This document shows, one piece after another, positions 1-9,038 of a DNA stretch of 64,000 nt. The notes under the pieces were generated by a model. That model did no database searches. It saw only the letters and a program-made list of their open reading frames with translations, and had not been told where the DNA came from. Where the stretch lies: NCBI GenBank assembly GCA_964230645.1, contig CAXRHT010000002.1, positions 672,001 through 736,000 on the forward strand, read 5' to 3'. Positions within the stretch are counted from its first letter, which is position 1. Every line of letters begins with the position of its first letter. The position numbers and the translations under genes were made by a program. The stretch comes from Bdellovibrionales bacterium (GTDB taxonomy: Bacteria; Bdellovibrionota; Bdellovibrionia; Bdellovibrionales; JAGQZY01).

Positions 1-351
1 GAAAAGATCGATCAGTTTATAGAGCTTTTCTCTCAGTCACGCTCCACAGTGAAATCCTTTTTAAGAAGAGGTGAAGACACAGAAATGGACCTAGTGGCCT
101 CAGCCATTTACCTAAAATTCTACTACGCCCGTACTGGCTTTTACTACAATCCCCATTCTCGCGCAGCTGGCGCCTTATCTCTTTACGGAGAGGGCTCCTC
201 TTACGCTACACAGGCGATGAACACCATCAATCAGGTCAACTACACCTGCAGCGAGAATGACCCCTATTTACTTGATATTGAAGATACCAGTTGTGAGCTT
301 TCTGATGATCCGGCGGCCTGCCATCTCACAACTCCGACCTACGATATTTAA
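1..351 (+). CDS. Hypothetical protein, C-terminal part (truncated by window start)
   Basis: Frame is open from base 1 to TAA at 349-351 and is followed by a terminator hairpin. Confidence 0.7.
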   Translation, partial: EKIDQFIELFSQSRSTVKSFLRRGEDTEMDLVASAIYLKFYYARTGFYYNPHSRAAGALSLYGEGSSYATQAMNTINQVNYTCSENDPYLLDIEDTSCELSDDPAACHLTTPTYDI

Positions 352-381
352 ATAATATCGTAAATTCCCAAATCCCATCCC

Positions 382-418
382 AAGGCTGAGGCTCGGATCC
401 CCTCAGCCTTTCCTTTTT
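382..418 (+). terminator. Rho-independent terminator
   Basis: AAGGCTGAGG(382-391)/CCTCAGCCTT(401-410) stem followed by a T-rich tract. Confidence 0.7.
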
Positions 419-1199
419 GCACTTTTCAATTTATCCTAATGTTGTGAACAAATCAGCCCTCAAAAGACTTTTACAGCTCTCCTTAGCCATAAGCCTTTTA
501 ACCCTAGGCTATCTCGCATTGGCCTATAATAAAGCCGAGAAAAAGCAAGAAAAGCTCACACAATCAAGACGCCTAATCAATAAACCAAAACTTTCAAAGA
601 AAAGATTTGAAGAGCGCATGAAGGATCTTGAGTCCTCTGTTGCCGCGAGAGTGAAAACAGAACTTCAGACCATCAATAAACACGATAAAAAAATAGCCAT
701 CTTGGTTTATAAAAAGGAGCGCGTCTTAGAGCTTTGGACCAATGACAAAAATAAGGAGCTTATTAAAAGTTACCCCATGACCGCCTACTCCGGAATGCTA
801 GGACCTAAAAACCAAGAGGGAGACTTTCAAATACCCGAAGGGATTTATAAAGCCACCTTCCTTCACCCAAACAGTCAGTACCATCTTTCGATCAAAGTGG
901 GTTACCCCAATAAAAACGATAAAAAGCGGGCCAAGAAAAACAATATCAAAGACCCTGGAGGGGAAATTTTTATCCATGGCAGTAATGTCACTATTGGTTG
1001 CGTCCCCATCGGGGACCACAATATCGAGGAACTTTTTTATCTTGTGGCAAAAGCAGGCCTTAGTAACACAAAAATTCTAATCGCCCCACAAAAGAGGCCC
1101 TTTCCAAAGCTTGAAAGTCTTCTAGAGCTTTCCGCTGGAGACACTCTTTTGCAGGAGAAGTACAAGAAGCTTGAGGAAGCCCTTAAGGATTACCAGTAG
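417..1199 (+). CDS. L,D-transpeptidase (YkuD family) with N-terminal membrane anchor; true start may be GTG at 444
   Basis: K..EGD..IPEG.Y and IFIHG...TIGC catalytic His/Cys motif. Confidence 0.85.
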   Translation: MHFSIYPNVVNKSALKRLLQLSLAISLLTLGYLALAYNKAEKKQEKLTQSRRLINKPKLSKKRFEERMKDLESSVAARVKTELQTINKHDKKIAILVYKKERVLELWTNDKNKELIKSYPMTAYSGMLGPKNQEGDFQIPEGIYKATFLHPNSQYHLSIKVGYPNKNDKKRAKKNNIKDPGGEIFIHGSNVTIGCVPIGDHNIEELFYLVAKAGLSNTKILIAPQKRPFPKLESLLELSAGDTLLQEKYKKLEEALKDYQ

Positions 1200-2460
1200 A
1201 ATTTTGATTTAATTTACACTGAATTTTAATTCGTTTTGAAAGCTGCAAGAAAGTTTTGAAATTTCTTTCATAGCCCTTCATTTTCTTTAGCTTCTGATCA
1301 AGACCCCATTGAAAAATCTCGTCCCCACAGATGACCTCTTGAAGGACCGTCTGCTCGCCTTTATAAAGATAAACCCAATTGCGCGCATCATAACCAAAAA
1401 TTTTGGATTCTTCATCTGCCATCACCTGACGGCGGAAATTACTGGCAAAATGCTTTTTTCTTTTCTCAAAAGAGTTCTCCGCATCTTTGAGCTTTCTTAC
1501 CGAAAGAAAGACCTTAAGGGGGTCATTCTTTTTTTCCTTAACAAGGTAGCCTTGCCTCGCCTTAGTATCGATCACATTTTTTATAAAAAAGCGTCTTCGG
1601 TCGATATCAAATTGAATCTTCCAATTTTGAGTTTCAATCTCAAAGGCCTCTTTATTGGCTTTATTAAGCTTTGCTTGCGAGCCATACTCCATGGTGTAAA
1701 AACCTGAAACGACAAGAACACTTATGAAAGCAAGACTTGTCAGAACTAAAGAAAGAGAAAGCCTTTTACCATCGCGGTGGTTAGAAAAATAAAACTTGGT
1801 GTATAGGCTTGCCATAAAAAAAGTGGAGACAAACATAAGGGCCGTAAAAAGAGTGTGTATTAACTGTTGGCTTAAAAGTGGCGGCACTTCTTTTAAACTC
1901 TGTACTAAGTGGTAGCTTGGAAAAAAGCCACCAATTGGCACCTGATCGGACAAATTCTCCATGGCGTCTCCCATGGCAAAAAAGATCAGAAGAAAGGGAG
2001 CGAGTACACTCATCTCTTTTTCATTTTTAAAAAAGACCCCTAAAGTGTAGCCAAAAAAACAGGTGGTCCCTGCAAAGAAGAAACAATTAAGAAGAGCAAA
2101 GGGCCTTGTCAGCAAATCAAAGCGGTTATTTAAAAGCATACTCAAAAGTGTAAAAGTCAGGCACAAAATAAGGTTAAAGAGAAATTTTCCTAATAAAAGC
2201 TCTGAGCCCTTTAAAGGGGTTGTCAGCAAAGAAACCAGTGTTCCTTTGTTTTTCTCTTCGGTGATTAAGTAGCTCGTAGAAAATATCCCCACAAAAGCAT
2301 TAATAAAGGAAAGAGAAAAACCAAAGGTACCACCGCTATCAAGCCTTGAGAAAAAAAGCATAAGGAAAACTGGCATCACCATAAGTGCCAAAAGTTTTGA
2401 GTTTTGCTTGGCCCAATAGAGATCTTTTTGCAAAATAATGAAGGCTCGCTGGAAAGACAT
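1183..2460 (-). CDS. ABC-2 type exporter permease with C-terminal soluble extension
   Basis: EEKNKGTLVSLLTTP motif, multiple TM helices, abuts the ATPase gene. Confidence 0.85.
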   Translation of the reverse strand: MSFQRAFIILQKDLYWAKQNSKLLALMVMPVFLMLFFSRLDSGGTFGFSLSFINAFVGIFSTSYLITEEKNKGTLVSLLTTPLKGSELLLGKFLFNLILCLTFTLLSMLLNNRFDLLTRPFALLNCFFFAGTTCFFGYTLGVFFKNEKEMSVLAPFLLIFFAMGDAMENLSDQVPIGGFFPSYHLVQSLKEVPPLLSQQLIHTLFTALMFVSTFFMASLYTKFYFSNHRDGKRLSLSLVLTSLAFISVLVVSGFYTMEYGSQAKLNKANKEAFEIETQNWKIQFDIDRRRFFIKNVIDTKARQGYLVKEKKNDPLKVFLSVRKLKDAENSFEKRKKHFASNFRRQVMADEESKIFGYDARNWVYLYKGEQTVLQEVICGDEIFQWGLDQKLKKMKGYERNFKTFLQLSKRIKIQCKLNQNSTGNP

Positions 2461-3311
2461 TAGTGGGCACTCCCCACAAGCTTAATAAAAATATCCTCAA
2501 GCTTTGGCTCATGGGAATTGATACTTAAGATCTCACCCTCGTTTTCCATTTGGGCAAGCTCTCTCACCCAATTCTCTTTCTTTTCAATGGAGTGGTAACG
2601 AATCTCTTCGCCAATTTTAATTTGCACATCAACAGTGGGAAGAGAGTACTTTCTTTTAAGCTCCCTAGGGCTCCCCTCTTCCACTTTCTCCCCTCGATTA
2701 ATAAATACGATCTTATCACAAAGCCTGTCCACATCGTTCATCAAATGGGTGGTAAGTAAAAGGGTTGTGCCCTCTTTTTTAAGACCTTCTAAAATTCCGT
2801 AGATGGCTTCTGCTGAACTTGGATCAAGACCCGTTGTGGGTTCATCCAGAAGAATAAACTTAGGTCTATGCACAAGAGCCCTTGCGATAAGAACTCTTTG
2901 CCTAAGGCCTTTAGAGAGATTTTTAATCTTCTCTTTTTTCTTTTCAGTCAGTTGAATCTGCTCGATGATCCACTCGGTCTCTTTGGCCCCTTTGCCATAG
3001 AGCTTGGCAAAGATTTCAATGTTATTAAACACACTGAACTCTTCATAAAGAGCCTGGTTATCAGGGATATACCCAATATAGGGATGGATCTTTTTAGGCT
3101 CCTTGGAAGGGTCTTCCCCCAGCACATTGATGTGCCCACTGGTGGGCCTCATTTGCCCTGTGATAAGCCTAATCGTGGTGGACTTCCCCGCCCCATTTGA
3201 GCCCAAAAGCCCCACACACTCGCCCGCAGTGATCTCAAAGTCCAAATGATTGAGAGCCTGGAATTTTCCATAGGTTTTACAAAGCCCTGAGATTTCTAAC
3301 ACTTTTTCCAT
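2460..3311 (-). CDS. ABC transporter ATP-binding protein
   Basis: Walker A GSNGAGKS, signature LSKG, Walker B ILLDEP. Confidence 0.95.
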   Translation of the reverse strand: MEKVLEISGLCKTYGKFQALNHLDFEITAGECVGLLGSNGAGKSTTIRLITGQMRPTSGHINVLGEDPSKEPKKIHPYIGYIPDNQALYEEFSVFNNIEIFAKLYGKGAKETEWIIEQIQLTEKKKEKIKNLSKGLRQRVLIARALVHRPKFILLDEPTTGLDPSSAEAIYGILEGLKKEGTTLLLTTHLMNDVDRLCDKIVFINRGEKVEEGSPRELKRKYSLPTVDVQIKIGEEIRYHSIEKKENWVRELAQMENEGEILSINSHEPKLEDIFIKLVGSAH

Positions 3312-3493
3312 TTACAAGATTTGTAGGTGAAGCCACCCCAAGGCGCAAACAAAAAAGCCCCGAGGACCAGGACAAGCCCCTAAGGTGATGAGACTTTAAG
3401 CAAAACCCCACTAATTCTCTCTATTTCCAAAAGATTTTGTTGCAAAACCCTTTACAATCAGTACAAATCATTTTATCACTACTTTTCTTTCGC

Positions 3494-3570
3494 GGGGTTG
3501 TAGTAGAGTTGGTTACAACGCTGGCCTGTCACGCCGGAGGTCGCGGGTTCGAGTCCCGTCAACCCCGCCA
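3494..3570 (+). tRNA. tRNA-Asp(GTC)
   Basis: Acceptor stem GGGGTTG/CAACCCC, anticodon loop CTGTCAC, T-loop GGTTCGAGTCC, encoded CCA end. Confidence 0.97.
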
Positions 3571-3574
3571 TTAT

Positions 3575-3651
3575 AAATCTGATATCAGATATCAAATATC
3601 CGTTATCAGATATCCGACCAGTCACCTGAAACCCTGAATATCCGATTTCAA
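3575..3651. repeat. Degenerate 7-mer tandem repeat (ATATCAG/ATATCCG) running into the 3' end of the four-helix-bundle gene
   Basis: atatcag atatcaa atatccg ttatcag atatccg ... atatccg atttcaa. Confidence 0.75.
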
Positions 3652-3936
3652 TAACTTATAAAGACAAGCCCCTAAATGATCCGCCGCTTTGTGAATCTCA
3701 GGATTTTCAATCCTAGCCAGCCTAAAAATACTCTGACACTCTCTCAGTGAGCCATAGGCCGTCTGAAAAAATCTCTTTTTATCCTTCACCGAATTCTTAC
3801 CATTCCCCTCCGCCAAATTCAGCGCAATGGAACTCGAAGCCCTCAACAACTGATCCCTCAAATTCCCTTTAATCTCCGCCTCTACGGACAAATGATAAAA
3901 CTTCTCGGCCAATTCCAATGTTCTAAACGTTTTCAT
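3622..3936 (-). CDS. Four helix bundle protein (23S rRNA IVP/bAvd-like family)
   Basis: DQLLRASSSIALNLAEG...FF..AYGSL.EC motif; ATG at 3936 with AAGGAG RBS. Confidence 0.9.
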   Translation of the reverse strand: MKTFRTLELAEKFYHLSVEAEIKGNLRDQLLRASSSIALNLAEGNGKNSVKDKKRFFQTAYGSLRECQSIFRLARIENPEIHKAADHLGACLYKLLKSDIQGFR

Positions 3937-4074
3937 ATGACTCCTTTGGTTAGGTATTGGTTTCAATCAAAAAATGGACCAACATCATTTTAAAGGAAGG
4001 GAACGGCACCACGTTCTATTTTGATTTTCTTAGAATATTTTCAAAATTGGTCTTGGTACCCTGAAAGGAAATTA

Positions 4075-5292
4075 ATGTCTGTTGAATCTTTTTTAGGTAA
4101 AGTTACTGCTCTTGCAAATATGTACACCGATATTAGAACTGATTCTTGGTTTGAGTTATACAATCTAAACGAAAAAGCCAGCTGGTCTGTTAAATATTTA
4201 CATAAAAGTAAAAGATTATTTTATAAAGAAACTTTGAGAGAATTGACTCTACTCTGTAAAGAACTGAATTTTATTGGCATTGAAGAAAGACAAAGTATTT
4301 TAGATACCCTACTCATTAAAGCTGTTGATAACTGCCTAGAGAGGAAGGATATCGAACAAATATTTGTTGATGCAAGACAGTCAAAATCTAAAAAGTATAC
4401 TCTTTTTAAGCCAATCTGGGGATTATCCAATGTCGAGAGATGGGAGATGGGTAAAATCAAAATTTTAGATCTAAAGCAATTTAAGAATGTCTTGAATAAA
4501 GATTGTCAAACTGGACCCCAAATACTGTATTCAATACAAAATTTCTTAAATAGTCCCAATTATGAGTTAACTCACTTTATAGGTTATACTAACACTACGA
4601 GAAGCAATGAGAGGCTAAAGGAAATTGCCTTATCCGACATTGAAATTTTTGAAAATATCTTGCGCTTCATTGGTGGTCCGTTCACTTTCAGCTACTGCTC
4701 TTCAACCAATCGTCAACCACCGAGAGGATGGGGTGATTTGTTCATTGGCGAAATTGACTCTTCTTTCCAAGCTGAAGGGAACATTCCAAGAAGACCATTT
4801 GATTTTAAAGCTTTATTAAACATAGGAGAAGATCTTCGCCCCCTAGTCGATTTTGCAAGTGGTACTAGAAAAACAAATTCTTACCAACAAAGAATTTTAA
4901 ATGCAGCATCAATGATCGGCAGTGCGATGTCCGAAAATAATTATAGCAATGGCTTTCTAAAATGCGTTATTGCTCTTGAGTCATTGTTTACACCAAGTAA
5001 AAATGATCTAATTTCACCTTCCATTAATGAACAGATTTCTCTAGCACTTTCATATATTCTCCACTCAGATTTGACCTTGAGGCAGTTACAATACAAAGAA
5101 ATGAAGAGTATTTATAATTTGCGAAGTAAAATAGTCCATACCGGGTACGGGAGTGTTCTAGAAGATGATTATTATTCAATATTGGACATGACCCACTCAG
5201 TTATCAAAATATTGATTTCTAAAAATCCATTCACTACATTTAAAAGCTACGACAACCTTAATGACTGGATTAGAACACAAAAACTTTCCTAA
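4075..5292 (+). CDS. HEPN domain protein (Apea-like), putative defence RNase
   Basis: ALESL followed by YNLRSKIVH (RxxxxH); AT-rich; next to tRNA. Confidence 0.75.
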   Translation: MSVESFLGKVTALANMYTDIRTDSWFELYNLNEKASWSVKYLHKSKRLFYKETLRELTLLCKELNFIGIEERQSILDTLLIKAVDNCLERKDIEQIFVDARQSKSKKYTLFKPIWGLSNVERWEMGKIKILDLKQFKNVLNKDCQTGPQILYSIQNFLNSPNYELTHFIGYTNTTRSNERLKEIALSDIEIFENILRFIGGPFTFSYCSSTNRQPPRGWGDLFIGEIDSSFQAEGNIPRRPFDFKALLNIGEDLRPLVDFASGTRKTNSYQQRILNAASMIGSAMSENNYSNGFLKCVIALESLFTPSKNDLISPSINEQISLALSYILHSDLTLRQLQYKEMKSIYNLRSKIVHTGYGSVLEDDYYSILDMTHSVIKILISKNPFTTFKSYDNLNDWIRTQKLS

Positions 5293-5567
5293 AATTCAGA
5301 TCTTGTATAAAATATATGATTCAGAATTCCTAATCTCACGTCATTTCTCTTCTAAGGGTACCAAGCCTCTTTTCCGGCATTTTGTTGAGTTTCAGGTTGC
5401 CAAACTATTAGTGCGAAAAAGCGTATGACTTACTTAAACCAGTAGAATTTAACAGTCCGGTCTAAAAACTCCTTCGCGTATTATCGTCTTTTGAAAACTT
5501 TGCCACTTTTTACTTCACAAATTAAAATTTTACGACTGAAGATCAATTCAGCCGTAAATTTTGATAA

Positions 5568-6851
5568 TTAGTCTGCATTACTTGTTGTACAGCAAGGTTG
5601 AGTAATGGCCGAACCTGCTGTGACTTCAATAGTGGCGTGGCCATCTTCATTTTCAGTCATCACGCCAGAGCTCGATGTATAACCGATCACGCAGATGTTA
5701 GGAATCGTTCCCATTGGACATCGGTTAAAATTTGGTTGGATAACGTTCTGAATCGGAGGAAGGGTAGGTGTTGGTGGGGTGTTCCCTGGAGGGTTATGCT
5801 GGTTGCAGTAATCTTTTATTTGTTGTGCTATAAAATCACCAAATCCAGAAATAGAATCCTCGGCAGCCTGACCACGTGGTAGGTAAAAATACAGAGCTCC
5901 GATACCACCAGAAACCCCTCCAACAAATCCTCCTAAAGTTCCTAAAACCAAGGACGATCCCCCTCCAGTTTCTGGGGCGATTGGTGCGCCAGCAGTAACT
6001 CCTGAAGCAGCGCCTGTTAAGCCACCAATAATTGCGCCAGATATAGCTGCAAGCATTCCACCATTAAACCTTACCATCTCACCAAGTACATCGAATGTTA
6101 ATTCAGTACCGTTAGCGACAGCACGACATACGTCACGCCCTGAAAACATGGGAATAAGGGGCATGGGCTGTTCGACACTCGTAATAATTTCCCCACTATC
6201 TTTTTTAAAGTCGACACGAACCACAGCGTGACCAAGCTCATTTGTAGCACTCAAGATGCTTCTCTTCATTTTTACAGGTATTACTCTGTTGTTTTTATTC
6301 GTTACATTGAACTGGATTTGTGTATCTATATTAATACTATTCATAGACTGAACCGATGTTAAATCAGATTCCATATAGGAAAGTACACTATAATTTCCAA
6401 TGCATCGTTTATGACTGCTTCCTCGACAAGATTTGTCAGTAACGTAATATTCTTGCAGCATTTTATTTGTAGAATTAAATTTAGCGACATATAAACAACT
6501 CAAAAACTGACCCTGTGTTTGAGTTTGTACTGAAGGCATCACTGTTACAGGTTGTGCCACACCATCAATGAAGCGCATTGAACAATTGCTCCATGCAGCA
6601 GGTTTTTGACCAAGTATACTTTGAGCTAAACCTTCTGAATACACCTTTTTATCAAACCTGATAGCGAGTGCGGGGCTGATCGTAGGCCGACTGGCAGTGA
6701 TCTCACGAATTCGTTGAGCTCTTTTTTGTTTGAAATTTTCAATTCGCTCTTTAGTTTCTTTACTGCTTAAGTTCTTTCCATTTTTTTTATTCGAAGTGGT
6801 ACAGGAGGTTGTTCCGAGTACCATTAAAAAAATTACTATGTAGCGAATCAT
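5568..6851 (-). CDS. Lipoprotein with glycine-zipper hydrophobic segment and Cys-rich C-terminus
   Basis: Lipobox-like TTSC; GxxxG-rich stretch; Pro-rich linker. Confidence 0.65.
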   Translation of the reverse strand: MIRYIVIFLMVLGTTSCTTSNKKNGKNLSSKETKERIENFKQKRAQRIREITASRPTISPALAIRFDKKVYSEGLAQSILGQKPAAWSNCSMRFIDGVAQPVTVMPSVQTQTQGQFLSCLYVAKFNSTNKMLQEYYVTDKSCRGSSHKRCIGNYSVLSYMESDLTSVQSMNSINIDTQIQFNVTNKNNRVIPVKMKRSILSATNELGHAVVRVDFKKDSGEIITSVEQPMPLIPMFSGRDVCRAVANGTELTFDVLGEMVRFNGGMLAAISGAIIGGLTGAASGVTAGAPIAPETGGGSSLVLGTLGGFVGGVSGGIGALYFYLPRGQAAEDSISGFGDFIAQQIKDYCNQHNPPGNTPPTPTLPPIQNVIQPNFNRCPMGTIPNICVIGYTSSSGVMTENEDGHATIEVTAGSAITQPCCTTSNAD

Positions 6852-7157
6852 TGGTGCAGTCTCCTTAAAAATGTAAATGGGTGAATACCGAAGGTATAAC
6901 CTATTTTAATTTAGTTGATTAGTTTTTTTAATTTTCGCTGGATATTAGCCTAGGAAGATGTAGTGAAGCCTACTTTTAAATCTTACAATTAGACTCAGGT
7001 CACTTTGAAAACAGATTTTTTGCTATCAAAAATATCTGAGGCTAGTCATATCATCGATCATTTTTGTTAACACTGCATATATTCAAAAGATATTATGTTG
7101 GGTTGCTAGCTCCATGGCGAGATTGTCGTAGGCCAAACCCGTAGGGGGCCTGGCACC

Positions 7158-7862
7158 TTATTCAAATTCTGTGGTGGTGACACAACCCTGATAGACCATT
7201 GAATCTTCGTCATAAGTTGTGTCGTCTGAAACCAAAAGTTCGATATCGCTCATAAGTTGAGAGAGATCGGCTTCGGTGGCCGCACGATTGGCATCGGACA
7301 TAAAAAAGAGCGGGCAATAATACTCGGGGTTGTCATTGCCAGGGTCTTGTATCTGAATTTCAATAATACCAATTCCTGCACCGGGATCCCAAGGACCAGG
7401 GGTTCCTATGAGGTCCCCAACTTTGATGCTGTCCCCTTCTGAAACGGCGACATTTCTAATATGGTCGTAACTTATCTGACATCCATCCACGTCAATCACG
7501 ATCTCATAATCAGAATCTTCAGCTTGGAATTCAATTTTAGTTACTTGGCCATTGATAGGTGAATTGACTTCAGCATCATCTTTTAAAAAGAAATTCGAAG
7601 CAACATTCACTCCCTTTTCACCACTTTCGCCAAAAGCGTTGAACAAAGGTGTCGGAGGTGATCCCATTTGGCTAAACTTAAAATCGCCAGCGACTGAATC
7701 TGCCATTTGGTCCCACGCTTCGATCTCAAAACCAAGACCAACGAATTCCAACGACGTGTCTCTACAACTGATTTTTTCAGTGGTTTCAGTGCTTGTTTCA
7801 CTCGAGCATCCTAAAATAAGACAAATTAATGTCATTGCAAAAATAGAAATGGGTTTTGTCAT
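7158..7862 (-). CDS. M23 peptidase-like lipoprotein (probably degenerate active site)
   Basis: LGC lipobox; SPING.V, YDH, V..GD.I..GD.IG pattern; HxH motif not evident. Confidence 0.65.
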   Translation of the reverse strand: MTKPISIFAMTLICLILGCSSETSTETTEKISCRDTSLEFVGLGFEIEAWDQMADSVAGDFKFSQMGSPPTPLFNAFGESGEKGVNVASNFFLKDDAEVNSPINGQVTKIEFQAEDSDYEIVIDVDGCQISYDHIRNVAVSEGDSIKVGDLIGTPGPWDPGAGIGIIEIQIQDPGNDNPEYYCPLFFMSDANRAATEADLSQLMSDIELLVSDDTTYDEDSMVYQGCVTTTEFE

Positions 7863-7975
7863 ATTTGGTCTTCGGAAAATCCAATTAGAAGCTTTAATTG
7901 GCAAAATACTGTCCGTTAAGCTACTAAAATATGAATACTTTTATAGGTATTATTTGTCTAAGTTATGATCTCACA

Positions 7976-8437
7976 TTAAGTCGGAAAGACTTTTTCAAAT
8001 TCTTCAAAAACAATGGGTGTCGTCTCTTCAAATAAAAACCCAAATTGTTCTAGCTCTCGTTCAAAGAAAGGTTTATGAACACTTCTCCAATATCCTAGGG
8101 ACTTGTCACCCTCCCCTTCTCTATAAGCATTTTCCTCTGAAATTTCATTGTATGGAATAATAGAGACTTTTGTTGTTTGAACAACACAAGTGGCCTCGCC
8201 GTACCAATCGGTCACGACAAATACGTCACCAACCTGAGGCATTTTAGAGGAGCTATTTTCAATGACTGCCAAAGAGGTGGCTGTTGCTCTTTTTATACCA
8301 AGATCTACTAATTTCGCACACTCATTGGCGTCTTTTTCGTTGTCACAAAAATGGTCAAAAATAGGCTCTGGAATATTTTTTGCGCCGATTGACTTGTGGT
8401 AGCTCTCCCACATTTTTATAATAGATTTAGAGATCAT
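7976..8437 (-). CDS. ASCH domain protein
   Basis: G.KRATAT, A..EGEGDKSL.YW..VH..FF motifs. Confidence 0.9.
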   Translation of the reverse strand: MISKSIIKMWESYHKSIGAKNIPEPIFDHFCDNEKDANECAKLVDLGIKRATATSLAVIENSSSKMPQVGDVFVVTDWYGEATCVVQTTKVSIIPYNEISEENAYREGEGDKSLGYWRSVHKPFFERELEQFGFLFEETTPIVFEEFEKVFPT

Positions 8438-8567
8438 GTCCTAGTTTACATTTTAGATAAATTTATGACAAGAGAGAGATGAAGCTTCTTAAGATTTTGC
8501 TGACTTGGAGCTCGTATTCTGACACTTCAAAGCAAAAAAACTCTTAAGTATGGCTCTGATTATAAAA

Positions 8568-8933
8568 TCACTCAACAGAATCGGGTTCTGGATTCTCTAC
8601 AAACTGAACCGCTTGAATACTCTTTAAACCATCAAGACGAGCTTTTAGAATTCGATGAACCCCATCCATAACCAGCCCCTCTTTACTGAGAATTATAGGA
8701 AACTTAAGGTCTGCTTTTTTGATCCGTTCCATGTGATGCAGCACACGGGTGACTGTTGGCTTCTTGTATCCACAAAACCAAATATCTTCATCAAATTTGT
8801 CAAACGAGGACACTTGGTAATCAAAGGTCGGAAGCTCCCTAGTGAGCTCCCAAAGCCTTTTTATTTTCCAGGTACGTCTTCTACCCTTCTCATTCATGGA
8901 AAAGGTATGCTCATCAAAAAACTGCGAATCCAT
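8568..8933 (-). CDS. Stand-alone ParB/Srx-like domain protein
   Basis: ADLKFPIIL...G.VMDGVHR motif; start codon uncertain (ORF open to 9020). Confidence 0.7.
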   Translation of the reverse strand: MDSQFFDEHTFSMNEKGRRRTWKIKRLWELTRELPTFDYQVSSFDKFDEDIWFCGYKKPTVTRVLHHMERIKKADLKFPIILSKEGLVMDGVHRILKARLDGLKSIQAVQFVENPEPDSVE

Positions 8934-9038
8934 AAAAAATTGAGTATCACAGCTAATATTTTGGACAAAGCGCTTTCTTATCGAATGTATAGCAATCAAT
9001 TCAAAATGTAGCTCGCGCAATATTGCGAGCCCATGGAG

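Noticed and set aside
3437..3637. 66-aa ORF
   Set aside because: It overlaps tRNA-Asp and the heptamer repeats, so it is spurious
3622..3936. Diversity-generating retroelement suggested by the Avd-like gene
   Set aside because: No reverse transcriptase and no TR/VR pair with adenine-specific mismatches seen in the window
8568..8933. Chromosome/plasmid partition locus
   Set aside because: Only a short ParB/Srx-like domain is present, with no HTH, parA or parS repeats
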